Shown: positions 12,187 through 25,875 of the stretch, in pieces
Position numbering within the stretch: the first letter of the stretch is position 1
Layout of the letters: every line of letters starts with the position of its first letter
Assembly: GCA_951406725.2 (NCBI GenBank)
Contig: OX597838.1
Span: forward strand, 43,152,001 to 43,216,000
Direction of reading: 5' to 3'
Length of the DNA: 64,000 bases
DNA from: Octopus vulgaris
Taxonomy: Eukaryota
Made by a program: the position numbers and the translations under genes
Notes under the pieces: model-generated
Databases searched by the model: none
Seen by the model: only the letters and a program-made list of their open reading frames with translations
What the model was told of the DNA's origin: nothing

Positions 12187-12559
12187 ATATATATATATAT
12201 ATATATGTCTGTATATATATGTCTGTATATATATGTCTGTATATATATATGCTCTACACCTCATTGGTTTGTCAGCAAGCAACTCTGCTGCTTCCCACGT
12301 TGGTGTTCTCTTCTGATATCTAAGCAGGAGTCGTCTTGTTATTCTAACGGTATTTTTGTTTGTAGCTTACTCTCCTTCCTCTTGTGATTAATTATCAATA
12401 ACCTTTGGATATCCTATTTAATGCTATGCTTTTAAAAAAATGTGTTTTTTTTACATTTCTTAAGAAAATAATAGACTTAGAAGGAAGGGGATTCTATTAC
12501 AACGATGTATAAGAAATCCGACTTGTGAGAGGGGTGGTGTGACGGGCCAGGAGGGGAGG

Positions 12560-13060
12560 TGGGCGTTATATTTTGTAGAACAGAATTTGAGCCACTCTAT
12601 GTGATCAGGATTGTAGCCTAAATTTCTTGTGTCGTATGTTTTAAGAATTTTCCCACAAGTTTGTTTCTTATTTTTCAACGATAGATAGATTAGTGTTCAA
12701 ACAGTCACAATCTTATTTTAACATCTTTTCATTACATTTCTCTGAAATGACATTATTGCCTTCTTGTATGATTTTTATGGGAACTCTTTCAAAATACTAC
12801 AACACAACAACAACAAGAGAAATTCTAATAAAATTCTAGTATTTTTGGAAGTTTTGGGGTAGCAACATTTAAGATAGACTCTCTGGGGGTGCAGTTTTTG
12901 TTATTTGTTTTTTTTATTATATTTGTTATTTTTTCCCTTTTATTTATTTGAAAATCATTTTTTGTTGTTGTTTTCCTGTTTTCATTCCTCTTACAGAATT
13001 CAGTTCTACCATTTGTTGTGCTGATGGCAGTTAACATCTTTCCACAAAGCTTCGCTGCCA
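12560..13060 (-). mobile_element. Possible highly decayed PLE endonuclease region
   Basis: Minus-strand fragments TEFCKRNEN, SILK, CLNTN and IRHKKFRL occur in the order expected for a Neptune-like GIY-YIG C-terminus; many stops and frameshifts. Confidence 0.3.
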
Positions 13061-13879
13061 TCATTTCATGTTTCTTCATATTGTTTCTGTAAATTGAAAT
13101 CTCTTAGAATATCCTTTGAAAGGATCATCCTCATCATGACAATGATCGTGATTGTTTTAATGTCCACTTTTCCATGCTCGCATTGGTCAGATAGAGTTTA
13201 TTGAGGCAGATTCTCTGTGACTAGATGTCCTTCCTGTCACCAACCCTCACCCATTTCCAAACAAAATAATATTTCCATCTATGGCCGAGCATGTTTTCAC
13301 AAAATATTGGAAATGAAGCCTCCCACTTGTATGACAGTGACACTCATTTACAACTGTCACATGATGTCAAGACAAGGAGACACAATTATAAATATATAAC
13401 ACTGAACCTGAGACCATATGCTTAGGAAGCAGAGTCCTCAACCAGAGAGCCACATCTGTATCTAATGTTAGTTGTTCATATTTCTTGTGGGGGACCCTTT
13501 TGCAGCACCCTCCAGGCTAAAACCCTCCAACTCAAGGGTCCGTTTTGGAGTAGACATTGCTGGTGAGCATTTTACAAGATCAGAATGCAAGTCTTATCTC
13601 AACCTATTTTGCTTCTTATGACTCACAGAGGAAACACTGGGGCCATCCTTTGACCTGCTGGTCCCCACACAGTTCAATAAATACACTAATGATTATTCTG
13701 TCAACTGTACGCCATTCTCTCTACAAAAACTGACTCCCCCCACCTGGGCCTTGTCCAAAAATATAATGTTATAAAAATATGCTAAAAATGACACAGTTGT
13801 ATAAACTGTAGAGTTTCAGACTAAATGGCTTCCAATGTTTAGTTTTGTCACTCTTGCCAGCTGCAAGAAATGTTAATGC

Positions 13880-14285
13880 ATTGGGCTATTTCTTTTGACC
13901 CTTTATGTTCTGAGTTCAAATCCTGCCAAGGTCAACTTTGTATTTTATTCCAATGGGGCTTGATAAAATAAAATGCCAGCAAAGTACAGGGGTTGATGGT
14001 ATCTACTAACACCCTTACCCTCAAAATTGCTGGCCTTGTTCCTAAATTAGAAACAATTATTAATTGCTCTCTCGAAGGTGGTGAGCTTGGCAGAATCATT
14101 AGCATATTGGACAAAATGCTTCATGGCATTTCTTCCAGTTCGTTATGTTCTTAGCTGTCAAGGTTAACTTTGTCTTTCATCCTTTTGTGGGGTCTATAGA
14201 ATAGGTTGAGCACTGGGGTCAGTGTAATCAACTTGTCCCCTTCCCTAAAATTTCAAGCCCTTTGCCTATAATAGAAAGAATTATT
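13880..14285 (+). mobile_element. Two Nin-domain SINE (family B) copies
   Basis: ggtggtgagcttggcagaatcattagca head and tttcatcctttt.ggggtc core. Confidence 0.75.
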
Positions 14286-14454
14286 AATTACACTCTATTT
14301 ATGTGCTGATGATTTCGTTAAATATCAGGTCCAACCCATGCTAGCATGGAAAGCGGACGTTAAACGATGATGATGATGATGAATCAGGTGTGATTTTACA
14401 CTTAAACTCAGGTAGATTGTTGGTGGCCAAACATTTGGCTGTTTGGCATCAACA

Positions 14455-14800
14455 TCATCATCATCATCATCATCATTTAATATCCGTTGTCCCTGCTAGC
14501 ATGGGTTTGACAGTTTGGGCTGGCATGCTGGAAGGTTGGACCAAGCTCCAGTCTGATTTGGCATGGTTTTCTACAGGTGGATGCCCTTCCTAATGCCAAC
14601 CACTCCAAGAGTGTAATGGGTACTTTTACGTGCCACCAGCATGGGTGTGACATCTGGGTGTGTTTATGTGTCACCGGCATGGGTGCCAATTTACATGACA
14701 CCAATATCTGCCATGCCTGCGAATTTGCTCGGCTTGATGGGTCTTCTTCTCAAGTACAACATAATGCCAAAGGCCTCGGTCATTGCCTCCGTTAGGCCCA
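14455..14800 (-). mobile_element. RTE 3' end fragment
   Basis: (CAT)n plus ggatgcccttcctaatgccaaccactcc. Confidence 0.75.
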
Positions 14801-14900
14801 ACATAATTAATAAATTTATAAATTAAGAAGCTTATAAAATTTTCACTAGAATTTGCAAATAATGGTAAGCTTGGAAACTATAAGGATTTAGAACTTGCCT

Positions 14901-15131
14901 TTAAAACCCTTCAGCTTTCAGATTATTCTGTCAAATGTGATGCTTATTTATTCACATCGTTTTGAATTAATCATGCATTATCTCATGGCTTTGAGATTTC
15001 AATGATGTGATTGTTTATCTTTAGAATAACATTGTAGGGTAAGTGTGAGAAGCCTGATCTGGCCAGTTTGAACATAAAATAAGCAGACTATTTAGACTGG
15101 ATACAACCAGTTTAAATGTTAAAGGATTTAA
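14901..15131. mobile_element. piggyBac-like TTAA MITE
   Basis: TTAA at both ends; degenerate CCCTTTAGCATT / AATGCTAAAGGG TIR; four related copies in the window. Confidence 0.65.
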
Positions 15132-15320
15132 CATATTAACTGGTCTGTATGGTGATTTGAACTCCAGACTTGTTATTTTCAGTCAAGAAAAGTCATTGTA
15201 AGTGGCAGAGTTTTGGCTGATTTGCAAAAATTGGGCCAATGAAATGAATGGCCCAATTTTTTGATGTTTGAGTGATGACATCATCAAAGATCTATGCAAT
15301 TAAATTTGTACTGGGGTCTA

Positions 15321-15560
15321 TTAACACTTTTAGCATTCAGTTTTCTTTCAGTTTTTTCTCTCAAACGTATTGCTTATTTACTCACATAACTTTGAATTAA
15401 TCATGCATTATCTTGTAACGTCAAGATTCCAAAGGTATATTTGTATATTTTTAGAATGATATTGTAGGGTTGGTATGTGAGGTCAGATGTGGTCAGTTTT
15501 AACATAAAATAGGTTGACTATTTGGGCCGGTTATAGCTTGATTAAATGCTTAAGGTTTAG
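15321..15560. mobile_element. piggyBac-like TTAA MITE
   Basis: Same body (ttgaattaatcatgcattatct...ttgtaggg) as 14901-15131. Confidence 0.6.
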
Positions 15561-16089
15561 AGAGTTTTAGAGAAGCAGAGAGACAGGGTAAAAGAATGAC
15601 AGATAGAGAGGCAACTGACAGACAACAGAGAATAGAGAGGGAGGTAGCTCTATGAAAGATGAAAGTTTAAAGTTTGAAAGAAGGGGCTGAAATAGAACAG
15701 GTTTCTTGCTGTAAAAGAGACACATGGCTATTTTCATTATAACAAAGTGAGTATGACTAACCAGGAGAACTGAAGTGTGTAGAATTAGGAGTGTTTGCCA
15801 AATATATACCAAGACTCTTGCAATTAAGGAACCAAAACCTGTTAACTAATGATGGATCAGCTGATAAATTCTGTACTTGGCTGTTTCACTCCTTCATACA
15901 CATTACATAAAGCTGAAATCTTTTGTCAATTAGTGCTTCTATGAGCCAATGATGTGGGACTTCGTAGAGAAGTTATTTAGTATATATTTAGTTCTGTAGG
16001 TAGGTAGTTAGTGTGTGTGTGTGTGTGTGTGTTGTGGGGCGTGGGGGTGTGTTATTGGAATGTCCTGTGTGTCATGTCAGTCACACTCA

Positions 16090-16106
16090 GTAATAATATA
16101 TGGAAG

Positions 16107-16190
<84 letters not shown>
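16090..16190. repeat. (GA)n microsatellite
   Basis: Pure tract of about 100 bp. Confidence 0.95.
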
Positions 16191-16202
<12 letters not shown>

Positions 16203-16486
16203 TATATAAGTATACAGCTTTAGATATATTTAGCATTAGATGAGATCAGCAAAGGCCAGGAAATGACAACTCTTTTTTATATTTTATTTTTCTGTTTTGT
16301 CATTCTTATTTTTTGTGTGGTGTGTGTGTGTGTGTATACATATGTATATGCACACACACACACACATATATATATGTATATGTGTGCGCGTGCACACACA
16401 CACACACACATAAAGGGGCACTAAAATACAATGCATAACCAGATTGGGCTCAGTAATAGTTACACCCATCCACACACACACACACA

Positions 16487-16558
<72 letters not shown>

Positions 16559-17151
16559 TACAGGGAGTCATGATAAATAAAACTGAAGAATAAGTTCACT
16601 TGGGTGATTTCACATTTATTACCATACAAAGCTTAGGGACAAGTACCTACAAACATTACGACCCTTATTTGGAGATAGAGGAGAAATTTGAAAAATGATA
16701 TTACAGAAGCTCAGTTTCTTAGTGAATTAATATGAATCTAATTCCTTTAGGCCACCACTCTCCTTCATCAACAGAATTTGAGGAATAGAGCAAAAATGGA
16801 AGAATGTTCCATATTGGAAATTAAGCAACAAACAGCTTGGACATGCTTCATGTAGAGAACTGAAAACAAATGACATTGTGTGAACAAGTCCTTTGTTTGC
16901 ACAGATTGTGCAACATCTCAGGAGACACAATGAAGCCCAGACATGTTTTTGTGGTGGATTGCAAGTAAATAACATTGTTTAAAACCAGAAAGTGAAATGT
17001 ATATGTAATGAAGAAGGGGAAACAAAATCAGTTAGACAGACAGACAGACAGACAGACACACACACACACACACACACATACACATGTGCATGTACACACA
17101 CACACACACACGCGCGCGCGCGCACACACACACGCACACACATACACACAC

Positions 17152-17182
<31 letters not shown>

Positions 17183-17479
17183 TGTATATCATCATCATTT
17201 TGACATCCACTTTTCCATACCTGCATGAGTCAGATGGAGTTTGCTGAAGCAGATTTCCTACAACAGGATGCTCTTTCTGTTCACAACATTTGCTCTGTCT
17301 CCAAGCAAGGTAATATTTCTCCAAGGCCAGTCATGTTTTTTTTCAGAATATTGGAATATTGCTTGATAGTGACACTGCTTTTCAACCATCGCATGGTGTC
17401 TAAACAAAGAGACACAAACATACTCTCACACACATATACATACATACATACATACATACATACATACATACATACATAC

Positions 17480-18034
17480 ATGGTGGCTGCCCCCTTGTTA
17501 TCGAGTATGGCCATTGCACGAAGCTTAATCAATGTTGTTATCATGCAATGCCTGTGCAAGAAGATTTTTTTTAAGTGTGGAAAGGCTGTGCACTGAGTCA
17601 ATACCACTCACTAAGCAACAGCAGCCATAATCCGAAAAGAAGAACAAGTCAACATCATCGGTAACCACTGAGCCGCAGGTTTTATGTCGGAGTTATTCCA
17701 GTTACCTGAGTTACCTTCTCCTAGAAGGATGCCCTAACAAAGGCTAGGAGTCCTTCAATCCCAATGGTTTAGCCGCACGATCGGGTATTCAGTCCGATTA
17801 TTTCTATGTCCCCGAACATGATAAAGCCTTAAGGCATTTATTCGATGGCCGTTGACTCTCAAGAGTTCCTCCGCCCTTTGATGGGTTTTGTTTTTCATCC
17901 CACAGGGTGTCCAATAAACAGCCTCCTCACCAAGCAAGCTTGGTGGGGTTGCCAGTTTAGTCGCCGATGACCCGACCATGCAACAGGTTGTATTGGGTTA
18001 CATGTTACCAGTAGCACTCGAAAGTGACCTGACA
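17480..18034 (-). mobile_element. ~555-bp unclassified repeat, copy 2, inserted in the microsatellite middle of a SINE
   Basis: Reverse complement of 11628-12186; host SINE halves at about 17190-17430 and 18085-18210. Confidence 0.8.
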
Positions 18035-19670
18035 CAAGCATGCATGCATGCATGCGTGCATGTGTGCGTATGTACATACATACTTACACGACAGGCTTCT
18101 TTCAGTTTCCATCCCTCAAATTCGCTCACAAGACTTTGGTTGAGCCAAGGCTAGAGTTGAAGAAACTTTCCCAAGATGCCATGTAAAACTAATTGGTTGG
18201 GAAGCTATGCCTATTTCTGTAATGTAAATTTTGTCTATAAATCTATATGGAACCATGAGGCTATGATTTAAAATAAATCGTTACTATCCACTTGGATGAA
18301 TATATTGTTGCACTTTTGTTGTTAACTTTCTATGAAAAGCCTCTTGTATATTCCTAATTAGTTAAAAATGAGGCTTTAAGTGGGATCTGCTCAAGAGGTA
18401 TACTGGAACAGACATATGCATGGCTGTGTGGTAAAAAGCTTACTTACAACCATGTGGTTACAGGTTCAAAGCCACTGCATGGCACTTTGGGATGTGTCTT
18501 CTACTAAAATTCAGGGCTGATATACATATATATCATCATCATTATCATTTAACGTCCAGTTTTCCATGCTGGCATGAGTTGGAGCAGTTTGACAGAAGCC
18601 GACCTGTTGAAGGGCTGTTCAGGCTCCCTGTCTATTTTGCCATGGTTTCTATGGCTGGATGCTCTCTCTGACGCCAACCACTTTACAGAGTGTGCTGGGT
18701 GCTTTGATGCAGCACTGGTATGGGTGTTTTATATGTGTGTATGTGTATGCATGTATGTGCATGTGTATATGCATTGTGTGTGTGTATATGTATATGCATG
18801 CATGTGTGTGTATATGTATGTGTATGCAAGCATATATATATATATGTATGTATACATACATACACATGTCTGTATGTATATATATTTCTTTGTGCTTGTC
18901 CTCATCACCACCTCACAATTGGTGTTAGTTTGTTTACGTTTCCATAACTTAGCAGTTTGGCAAAAGAGACTGATAGAACCAACACCAGACTTCAAAAAAG
19001 AGAAAAGTACTGAGGTTAATTTGTTTGACTAAAAGCCTTCATTGTAGTGCCCCAGCATGGTCCCAGTCCAATGACTGAAAGAAGCAACACCTCTAGTGAT
19101 ACGAACTCTAGTATCACCAGACAGTAATTTCAAAAAATGTGGTTATTTTTTTTATTTCTTATTGTTCTAGCGATTAATTTAATGGACATTTTTTTCCTCA
19201 AAAGAGTAGAAAGATTTTGGTGATATCTTTGAAATCTATTATTGGCAAAATTCCTTATAAATCATATTTTTCTGACTTAAATTCTGTAAATTCTTTAAAC
19301 ATTTTTGTCATTTTTCAAAGCAGAAGTATGCAAAAATGTTATTTATTTTTCTTACAAATGTTTAAAAAAAAAATGAAAAATAAAAATGTTAATGTAAAGT
19401 TAATCGTTAGTGCGGTTAATTTCTTTTTTTTTATATTCTTTTACTTGTTTCAGTCATTGGATGGCAGCCATGCTGGAGGCATCACTTTTAAGGGTTTCAC
19501 TGAACAAATCTACCCCAATGCTTATTGTTTTATTGTATAGTACTTACTCTATCAATCTGTTTTACTGAATTGCTAAGTTAGACGAACATAAGCAATCCAA
19601 TACTGGTTGTCTAGCAGTGAAGAGACAAACACATACATACATGCATACACACACAATCATACATGCATAC

Positions 19671-19720
<50 letters not shown>

Positions 19721-19754
19721 ATATATGTATACGTGTGATATATATATATACATG

Positions 19755-19795
<41 letters not shown>

Positions 19796-20650
19796 TGTGT
19801 ACATATATATATATATATATATATACATACTAGCTGATGTACTTGGTAATTTCTGAGAAAGCAGGGCTTATCCCTTGGTTCCATTCTCATAATTGTTTCA
19901 CTAATCCAATAACAACAATACAAAGTATGTAGCCCTTAAAACGGTTTTTGTGTGTTTACAGAGAATATCGAGGTATTTTACACAGGATCTCGTTTTTAGG
20001 AATTCCCAATAAGTTATGAACACCCAAATTGTGATGTCAGTTATGTAATAACGTGAAATTAGTTACCCGATAGTAAGAATTCAAATAAAGTAACCCCAAA
20101 AAGGGCTTTAATGCATTCCCAGAGTATATAGAACTTAAGATGAAATACTAATAATATTTGTAAATTTTGGGTAATTTTAGCCAACCGAAAGCCACCATTC
20201 TACACATGACCGTAAATCTCTCATTGGTGTCTGTTTCTGTAGTAACAAACAAAGCTGTATTTTGCTCTGTTACCTTAGTTACTAGGATACTGTATTTAGC
20301 ATAAGTGTGGCTCTTTCCCCAGCATCACCACCATCACAAGTATCACTTTGTGCCTGTTGTTTTTTTTTTGTTTGTCAGTTTGTGACGGGTAGCTATCTTG
20401 CAGAAAATGCATGGTTCTGATTCCTGTTTCCTGATTGGACTAAAAATGATCAAGCTTTGAACCTCTGTAACATTCTTCTAAATTTTTCTAGGAATAAACG
20501 AATCCCAAATTCGGATTCAGCATGAAAATTTACATCAATTTACCAAATTTTCAAATTTTCACATAATTTTCAAATTTTCACATCTGTGACAGCAACCAAA
20601 AGGATACCATTTTACCAGCATATCTATCTAAAATTAACCTGTTAATTGCA

Positions 20651-21123
20651 TCTATATATATAAAACTCAACTTGTGTGTCTGTGTTTAACTTCCCGGTAC
20701 ATCTCCTCCTAGCCAACAAATCGTAGAACCACCAAAAAATGTTTAGGTGAATGAAAATTGAACTGCGCTATTTCTGTTCCGAAATTCATCTCGCAAGTGC
20801 AAAAATCCACAATGTGCTTGTTTAGGCCTTATCCCATGCATTGAATAGTGAACTTTACTCAGTCAGCTGTTTGACGTGAACTGTGTTCACCACGCGTGCA
20901 AGCATGTGTACATTGCATGAAAATTTAAAAAATCAAGATATATAAACGAATCGCTATAAACATTGTAGAAATTTGGCAAAGAAATGAATTTTTGGGATGT
21001 AGCCTGGAGGGTTTTTTTGTATTAATCGTTTGGACTTTGTGAACACATACCAATTGTTTTCATAACGTTTTTAATGCTTTGAATTAAATGTGACCATTTT
21101 GCAAAGCTGGGCAATACTGCTAG
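20651..21123 (+). mobile_element. Non-autonomous Helitron
   Basis: A|TCTATATATATAAAA start; gctgggcaatactgCTAG|T end; termini resemble 49547-49918. Confidence 0.7.
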
Positions 21124-21659
21124 TATGCAAATAAAGCAAATGAATAAACTTAGATGTGTTTCAGCCCCAAATTCGAACCTGTCAAGTCATATTTAAGACT
21201 AGATTTGTGGTGTCACGGTCCATTTCAAATAGGAAGCTGTTGTTTACTGAGAGCTCTCCAAGTATAGGAGGCTTGTCTGAGATATTGTGAAGAAATTTGT
21301 CTAGATTATCATCATCATCATCATCGTTTAACATCTGCCTTCCATGCTGGCATGGCTATCTGTAATAATTCCTTTCACGTTTTGGGTGGACTACAGGAAT
21401 ATGAATTGACTCCAATACATTAATGGACTTTAATGGTACATTAAGTTGTGATTTGGTCATTATGTTGTAGTTGAGAATCTGGTGAGAGGCCACAATCTGG
21501 TGAGAGACCATAATCAGAGGAGAGGCCATATCTGTAGACAGGAATGACCACAAAACAATCTTTGTCTTTCTATTTTCATTTTTTTTTTTCATTTTATCTA
21601 GTTTCACCTCACGAGCTGTGGCCATGCTGGGGCACCGCCATTATATATATTTATTATAT

Positions 21660-21880
21660 TAAACAGTTGGAGACAGTGAGAGGATTTTGTTATTTGGGGA
21701 ATGGTGTGGATGTAAGTGGTGAATGTGAAGCAGCTGTGACAGCAAGAGCGACACTTGGCTGGGTGAAGTTCAGGGAATGTGGAGCATTGTTATATGGGGA
21801 AAGGTTCTCATTGAAGATGAAAGGAAAGGTCTGTAGGAGTTGTGAGAACTGCAATGCTGTATGGGAGTGAGACATAATCT
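21660..21880 (+). mobile_element. RTE LINE fragment (region after the RT)
   Basis: LETVRGFCYLGNGVDVSGECEAAVTARATLGWVKFRECGALLYGERFSLKMKGKV..AMLYGSET. Confidence 0.85.
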
Positions 21881-22584
21881 GAGTTGGTTCTGGTGTGGGG
21901 TTCAAACAGCCAGTTTTTTTATAACCCTGGGCAAGTCTTTCTAGAACCTTCAAAGTATAATTTAGTGGGACGCTTACTTAACTTTTCTTTAATATTTGCC
22001 TCTGTTTGTTAATACATGTCGTCAGCCAGTACGGATTGGTTGGTGAATCTTTGCATGGCTGTTCTGTTGTCTGAAAGAACCAGTCCTGTCTTTTAAGGTG
22101 ATAAAACTAGGCTATTGTTTTTAAACTAGAAACCCAAGTAAGGCAGTTCTAATCTAGCCAAAGCTTTGCTCCAATGTCTTTGACTCGAGAGGATGAAAGA
22201 CAAAGTTGACTACTGCAAAATTTAAATTCAAAAGAGTTTTGGTTAATAGCATTAAATAGCATATTTTATTGACTGTGATTTAAAAAAATTGGTAAAATGT
22301 AGCAAAATTCAAACCTCTAGATTTTTTTTTATATAAAAATATATTTCTGGCATTTTGTATTTGCATGATGAGTTGACAGTAGCCAGTACTTCGGGTCCTT
22401 GTAGAGTCAGTACATGACATTTTGACAACCAATGTCAAAATGTGTTCAAGTTATTCTTTGCATTTTGATGAATTAATGATTATTTGGAATATTTTTCTTA
22501 ATCGTAATTTAAGTTATGTCAAAAAAAATTTGTCAGTAAATGAAACCCCATCGATCATATGGCTTTTGTTGAGGCAGATTTTCT

Positions 22585-22815
22585 TATTTCTTTATTGCTC
22601 ACAAGGGACTAAACATATAGGGGACAAACAAGGACAAACAAAGGGATTAAGTCGATTACATCGACCCCAGTGCGTAACTGGCACTTAATTTATCGACCCT
22701 GAAAGGATGAAAGGCAAAGTCGACCTTGGTGGAATTTGAACTCAGAACGCAGCGGCGGATGAAATACCACAAAGCATTTCGCCCGGCGTGCCAACGTTTC
22801 TGCCAGCTCGCCGCC
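22585..22815 (-). mobile_element. Nin-domain SINE (family B)
   Basis: Minus strand ggcggcgagctggcagaaacgtt...gcctttcatcctttcagggtcgataaattaagt. Confidence 0.85.
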
Positions 22816-23415
22816 TTTTTCTACAGATGGGATGCCCTTCCTGTTGCCAATCCTTACCTGTTTCCAAGCAAGCCGTTATTTCTCTATGTTTTCACAGAGG
22901 ATTCAAAACAAATGACACCATTTGTAAGATGTTGTATTTACAGCTGTCATACAATGTCAAGACATTTCTAGTAACACACAATCCGCATCACCAAAACATT
23001 TCTAACAGCATCAAAGCAAATTTGCCAATCATAAAGCAAAGTGAAAAATAAAAAAAAAACACTTATCTTAAGCAAAAAGCAAGACTAGGGCGACATGAAA
23101 CAAAGTATTATATATCCTTTTCCTTTTCCCATGTGTTCTTTCTTTGTTTTGTAAGTTACTTAGCAACCTCTCTGGTGTTGGTGGCACAAAAAAAAAGGGA
23201 AAAAAAAACAGGAAACAAAAAAACAGCCAGTAAATTCTGAAAAGTGGCATTGGGAAAGGCATTGAGCCATAGAAACTATGCCAAAGCTGACACGGATGCA
23301 GCCTTGCATTCCATTGAATTTTGTTGTAGCATTCAACCCATGCCACCATTGAAGACAAATATCATATGATGATGATGATGATGATATATTGAGTCTGTAT
23401 GTGTGTGATTCCTTG

Positions 23416-23466
<51 letters not shown>

Positions 23467-23679
23467 AATATAGGAATGGGAGACAATGTATGTGTATGAT
23501 TTTTCACAGCATATATACAAAGTTAGATCAAAGTTGGTGGAAGATGTGCTCTATTAAATTGTAGATTTAGTGTTTGGTGAGATATTTAAAAATATATTCA
23601 TTAAAAATGGTGGAGAATTTCTGTTTAAGTCTCAGATGAGGTGTATGAATTGGAGAAAAGATAGCCTGAAGGTGGTAAT

Positions 23680-24810
23680 TTAGTTTGTGATTTCTTATTG
23701 ATATGCTTCCTATGCTGATGAAATGTATAAACAGTTAAGGCATCCCCATGGGTGGTAATTGAAGCCTCTTATTTGCTGACTTATATTTATCATCATAACA
23801 GTTTAGTCTCTTAACTAGTATAACAAAAAAGGTAGACCTATTTAAGCCACTGTGTGTATGTTATAGATATATAGATGATATCATCATCATCATCGTTTAA
23901 TGTCCATTTTCTGTGCTAGCATGGGTTGGACAGTTCGACCGGGGTCTTGGAAGACAGGAGGCTGCACCAGGCTCCAGTCTGATCTGGCAGTGTTTCTATA
24001 GCTGGATGCCCTTCCTAACGCCAACCACTCCGTGAGTGTAGTGGGTGCTTTTTACGTGCCAGGGGAGGCTGGCAGCGGCCACGATGGTTTGTATTTGGTG
24101 CTAATTATGATTGTCTTGAATATTTACTTTGTGAAATTTTTCATTGTGTTTTGAAAGTAACCAGCAATGGCTCTGACATTTAAAATGTGTTATTTTCTTG
24201 TCCCAGTCATTAGACTGTGGCCGTGCTGGGGCATTGCTTTGAAGAATTTTTAGTCAAATCAATTTATTCCAGTACCATTTTTTTAAAACCAGGTACTTAA
24301 TGTATCAGTCTCTTTTGCCAAACTGTTAAGTTATAGGGACATAAACACACCAATGCCAGTTGCCAAGCAGTGGTGGGGGACACACATACACACATATACA
24401 TTGGGCTTCTTTCAGTTTCTGTCTACCAAATCCACTTGCAAGGCTTTAAGTTGGTCTGAGACTATAAGTAGAAGACACTTGCCCAAAGCGCCACACGGAG
24501 GATGGAACCCAGAACCATGTTGGGCAGCAAACTTCTTACCAAACAGCCACGCCTGCACCTATATCAACAAGTTAATAATAATTAAGGCTTATAATAAAAC
24601 TTAATGGTTTTAATTTGCCAGTGGCAACGGTGCCTTAGGCATACAATTGCATTCCAGATAATTTGGGTTACTGCATTTTTCTGTCAGTCAGTTAATAAGG
24701 TATGATAGGGTGGTTAATCATTTCCATTTGTTTAGAGATGAAATAAATCATTTGGCAGAGTGAATGATTAAGCAAGGATACCAAAGTAAATTGTTAATTA
24801 AACATTTTAA
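23680..24810 (+). mobile_element. Fragmented Naiad-like Penelope-like element RT, interrupted by an RTE tail and a SINE
   Basis: FLID..YKQ(frameshift)GIPMGGN*SLLFADLYL at about 23692-23790; IPDNLGY..SQLIRYDR..KQGYQSKLLIKHF at about 24650-24810. Confidence 0.6.
24200..24560 (-). mobile_element. SINE family A
   Basis: Full head, core and tail arrangement. Confidence 0.8.
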
Positions 24811-24904
24811 TTGTAGACTAGTTACACATTGGGATAATTTTAAGACATTTTATGTTATTTTAAGCTTGCAGTCGAGTTGTGAGTTGAAAGTTTGCAAATA
24901 ATCT

Positions 24905-25285
24905 TTTGCTTGTTTCAGTCATTAGACTGTGGCCATGCTGGGGCATCATCTTGAAGAATTTTTAGTTGAATGAATTGACTCCAGTACTTTTTTTTTAAAG
25001 TTTGATCCTTATTCTATTGATCTCTGTTGCTGAACTGCTAGATTATTAACACATCAGCAGTGATTGCCAAGTAGTGGGGGTGGGTGGAGGACAGAGACAA
25101 ACACACACACACACATATACAATGCGCTTCTTTCAGTTTCCGTTTACCAAATCCACTCACAAAGCTTTGGTCAGCCCAAGACTATAGTAGGAAACACTTG
25201 GACAAAGTGCCATGCAGTGGGACTGAACCTGGAACCATGTGGTTGGGAGGCAAGCTTCTTTCCACACAGCCACATCTGTGCCTAT
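24905..25285 (-). mobile_element. SINE family A
   Basis: Full head, core and tail arrangement. Confidence 0.8.
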
Positions 25286-25380
25286 TAAACAAATAAACCT
25301 GGGACTATATTAGAAAATATAGAGACGTTACAGATTTATTTGAATTTTTAACTGTATTTTTTAGCATATCCAAGTCTAGA

Positions 25381-25599
25381 TTCACCCTTTAGCATTCGGT
25401 TTAATCAGTGGAATGTAAAGCTTAATCATTCACTTTGTTTTTAATTAATCATGCATTATCTTGTAGCTTTAAGATTTAAATAATGTGATTGTTTATTTTT
25501 AGAATGGCATTGTAGGGTAGGTGTGAAAGGCTGGATCTGAACATAAAACTGGTAAAATATTTGGGTCAGATATGGCCAGATTAAACGCCAAAGGTTTAA
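25381..25599. mobile_element. piggyBac-like TTAA MITE
   Basis: accctttagcatt start; same body as the other copies. Confidence 0.6.
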
Positions 25600-25659
25600 A
25601 GTAAATTGTGAAGATCTTGGGGTAAATTGCCTGAGTTAGGTTTACCTTAGCATTTATAA

Positions 25660-25875
25660 GGCTTGAGGTGGCAGAACCGTTAGCACTCCGGGCAAAATGC
25701 TTAGCAGTATTTCGTCTGTCTTTACGTTCTGAGTTCAAATTCCGCTGAGGTTGACTTTGCCTTTCATCCTTTCAGGGTCAATAAATTAAGTACCAGTTGC
25801 ATACTGGGGTTGATCTGATCGACTGGCCCCCTCCCCACAAATTTTGGGTCTTGTGCCTCGAGTAGAAAAGAATAT
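25660..25875 (+). mobile_element. Nin-domain SINE (family B)
   Basis: Near-complete copy ending gagtagaaaagaat. Confidence 0.85.
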
